DNA from: an uncultured Spirochaetaceae bacterium
Lineage (GTDB): Bacteria; Spirochaetota; Spirochaetia; UBA9216
DNA length: 47,580 nt
Assembly: GCA_964472775.1 (NCBI GenBank)
Contig: CAYYNJ010000001.1
Coordinates: 1 to 47,580 of the forward strand
Direction of reading: 5' to 3'
Program-made: the position numbers and the translations under genes
The notes under the pieces: generated by a model
Seen by the model: only the letters and a program-made list of their open reading frames with translations
What the model was told of the DNA's origin: nothing
Database searches by the model: none
Shown here: piece after piece, positions 46,301 to 47,580 of the stretch
How positions within the stretch are numbered: the first letter of the stretch is position 1
Layout of the letters: each line of letters starts with the position of its first letter

Positions 46301-47580
46301 GCGGTGACCAACGGGTCCTTCTCCCTTTCCGGGAGCGTCTCCGACACAAATTCCCTGGACAGTCTTTCCGTAACGGCGAAAAAGGACGGTGCCGATCAGG
46401 GTGAAGTATTTTTCACCGGCACTTCCGGCTCTTACAACTTTCCTGTCGGCCTTTCCGGCGACGGCGGCCTGGACGGAACCTGGGTTTATACCCTCACCGC
46501 CTCGGATGCGGCGGGCCGGACCACGGTGATCGACAGAACCGTGGTTATCGACGAGACCGCCCCGGAAAACATCGTCTTCGAGAATCCCGGCGATTACATC
46601 TCCGGCAATACCGCCAGCCTGTTGGGAACCTCCTCCGATTCGGGCAGCGGACTGGCCGCCTTGGCGGAAGGAGGGGTCCAGTACTCTCTGGATTACACCG
46701 ACGACGGCGACGATACCAACGATACCTGGAATCCCGTGGCCGGCTCGAGTTCCAACTGGAATATCTCTCTTAACCTCGATATAGACGGCGCCGGTGCCGA
46801 TACCGGTTTGGCAGAAGGTTCTCATCAAGTCTGGGTCAGGGCGTCTGACCGGGCGGGGAACCTGGCTTCTCCGGTGAGCCAGCCTTTTGTGATTGATCAG
46901 GCGGCGCCGGTTATTTCTGCCCTTACCGAGGCGGGCGGTGCATCCTGGACCGCCGACGAGATTTACAACTCCTCCGATTTTACCATGGGAGGTACTGCGG
47001 AAGACACCAACGGTGTGGCCTCGGTCACGGTGACTCAGAGCAAAGATGCGGGCGAAGCTATTCCCCTGACCGTGAACCTTGACGGGGCTGCCGGGGACGA
47101 TTCCCGAACCTGGACCGCCGACACCTCCTTAAGCGGAGAAGGTAGCTATGTTTACACCTTCAGCGTCACCGACAGGGTGGGACGGGAAGCTTCCCTGGTA
47201 AAAACCCTCATCGTGGATACTTCGGCTCCCGATTCCCTCACCGTGTCCGCTCCCACGCCGGCCCAGACGGGGCTTGATGCCCTGTTGGGTGATTCTTATA
47301 TCTTCCGCGGCGCCGCCTCCGACGCCGGGGTAGGGATAGGAAAAATTTATTACCTCATCGACCAGAATCCGGGGGCTTCCTCGGTGATTGGTGATTACAC
47401 CGCCCTGGATACCAGCGGGACCTGGAGCTTCTTCGATGATTTTGATACCGATGGATCCGGTGCCGATGAGGGCCGGGCCGAGGGGGCGTGGTATCTCCAC
47501 GTTCTGGCAGAAGATAAGGCAGGGAACAGAACCGCCTTCGGATCCGCCGTTACGGTCCTCTTCGATATCGACCAGGGGTC
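43340..47580 (+). CDS. giant lipoprotein with tandem Ig-like (Big-type) repeats and Asp-rich Ca-binding-like loops; 3'-truncated by the window edge
   Basis: My own translation is open from the ATG at 43340 (GGGGG 5 nt upstream) to the window end, at least 1413 codons. The gene is absent from the ORF track because no stop is reached. N-terminus MMQRKIADRFRLTALGVLLLLVTNC has a lipobox-like Cys25. Repeated modules: D.(S/T)(A/P)P......P......G...(L/I)(S/T)G...D..G(V/L)..(V/L). Confidence 0.8.
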   Translation, partial: MMQRKIADRFRLTALGVLLLLVTNCDLFMPGLGDEVDIDVPQIEVESHRNGDYVFGQFTLTGRVEDDYEVSEVTVSDGDTSITAVLDGDLWSAQINSSPLGDGDRDYQITVTDATGKKSSINLLLTVDNNPPTVLVNVPDSYLPPAEYNKVITLKGEAADTTRIKEVLVSLYDNATGTAIFEDEAATGTSSWYYSFDSEALGNLNGTYYLVVEAFDNAGNSNGWFYHFSDILSSASNPGDLPNIEDINGFESQGGFLPGTLTVPLSSLRRSAASGARMTLSINPDSDRPQFIFISPSVTGENPFASPQRFSGFIEDDDGLVKTDQTEIAIYEYTGDYDDADPVLLPDGSGGYDEWVSYGLEINSTQWTYEADLPSGKEYYLRLKAEDINGLSNTSIPVKFSIPEGVPNLSVLTPQQGRYTGIGGTLGFEVKVEDMSGSLYIDLTPGVPADSWSDALEYSPVQLFDHFLRTEADGEVYGFSFTAGDDFTLEDGPGSFRFRAGVEGAFGQTTWQYIGDTQAPHISLTYPNAFSTAADAVNGTIKISGSADDGLNPLEGVYLSLEPGWQDPEPAPADLTSWYVPTGLSSWTSADMDTTDTALFSDGDGDYTLRYFVKDAAGNFSDPAVRHIRVDQSSDFPVFTFSNLDPLAAASVNILGSGAALFSTLEDDDAVDVSTLEIRIDVFGDGLSGVDLTSDGDTLDANESEGWQPAANKPETDSRMVNWNHPLTNLPQGVHSFEVRVEDVYGTAKAVGPVFFTIDTGPPELTVTAPLDNSFLNESFTVSGSAGDANSIEAVRLYLAREDGALEEIPGDQIVLSTALPAPSVNWSYEFAVDTAGHGDDGDYLVHVQADDTTTGVNKTSDTSWTFTIDTSSPELLVTAPVSDELIDGDSNPYTLSGQVSDTGAGVKTLAYSQDYTDDGDDTNDTWHAIPYGGGLRWSVPGVDFSGSEGLKRLFVRAGDGLNAPAQAEVGFYFDLSAPDLSETAAPAVTNGSFSLSGSVSDTNSLDSLSVTAKKDGADQGEVFFTGTSGSYNFPVGLSGDGGLDGTWVYTLTASDAAGRTTVIDRTVVIDETAPENIVFENPGDYISGNTASLLGTSSDSGSGLAALAEGGVQYSLDYTDDGDDTNDTWNPVAGSSSNWNISLNLDIDGAGADTGLAEGSHQVWVRASDRAGNLASPVSQPFVIDQAAPVISALTEAGGASWTADEIYNSSDFTMGGTAEDTNGVASVTVTQSKDAGEAIPLTVNLDGAAGDDSRTWTADTSLSGEGSYVYTFSVTDRVGREASLVKTLIVDTSAPDSLTVSAPTPAQTGLDALLGDSYIFRGAASDAGVGIGKIYYLIDQNPGASSVIGDYTALDTSGTWSFFDDFDTDGSGADEGRAEGAWYLHVLAEDKAGNRTAFGSAVTVLFDIDQG

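Noticed and set aside
43340-47580. Diversity-generating retroelement or cassette-based antigenic variation in the giant genes.
   Set aside because: There is no reverse transcriptase, no template/variable repeat pair with A-specific mismatches, and no silent cassettes. The only DNA-level repeat is an in-frame domain duplication.

Overview
47.6-kb chromosomal window from a high-GC bacterium (flanks clearly above 50% G+C by eye). A PlzA-like PilZ protein, loose lipoboxes and giant Ig-repeat surface proteins hint at a spirochaete-like organism, but I cannot verify this. Most of the window is housekeeping: a translationally coupled gatC-gatA-gatB-aspS operon, rlmN, thrC, murA, pyrG, tal, eno and a phoU/PhoB-like/PhoR-like cluster. 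c-di-GMP signalling genes are scattered through it (PilZ, GGDEF, HD-GYP). Five things stand out. (1) A 932-nt AT-rich PIN/antitoxin cassette (21416-22347) is bracketed by 55/56-nt direct repeats. These repeats are one arm of a 161-nt hairpin element, and that element belongs to a dispersed palindromic repeat family with at least three full copies plus partial copies in this window. No recombinase is visible. This is my best candidate for an undescribed mobile or recombination system. (2) Two adjacent giant surface-protein genes lie at the 3' end. One (1976-1989 aa) ends in a beta-barrel-like tail with a terminal Phe. The other is a lipoprotein of more than 1413 aa that is missing from the ORF track because it runs off the window. 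It is preceded by a strong sigma54-type promoter match and GT-rich tandem repeats. (3) A yybP-ykoY (Mn2+) riboswitch lies upstream of a CaCA-family antiporter. (4) gatA has an apparent frameshift at a 4-nt homopolymer near its 5' end. (5) MurA has Asp at the fosfomycin-target Cys position. I found no rRNA, tRNA, CRISPR array, transposase or integrase. All calls come from reading the sequence and from memory of protein and RNA families; no searches were run.
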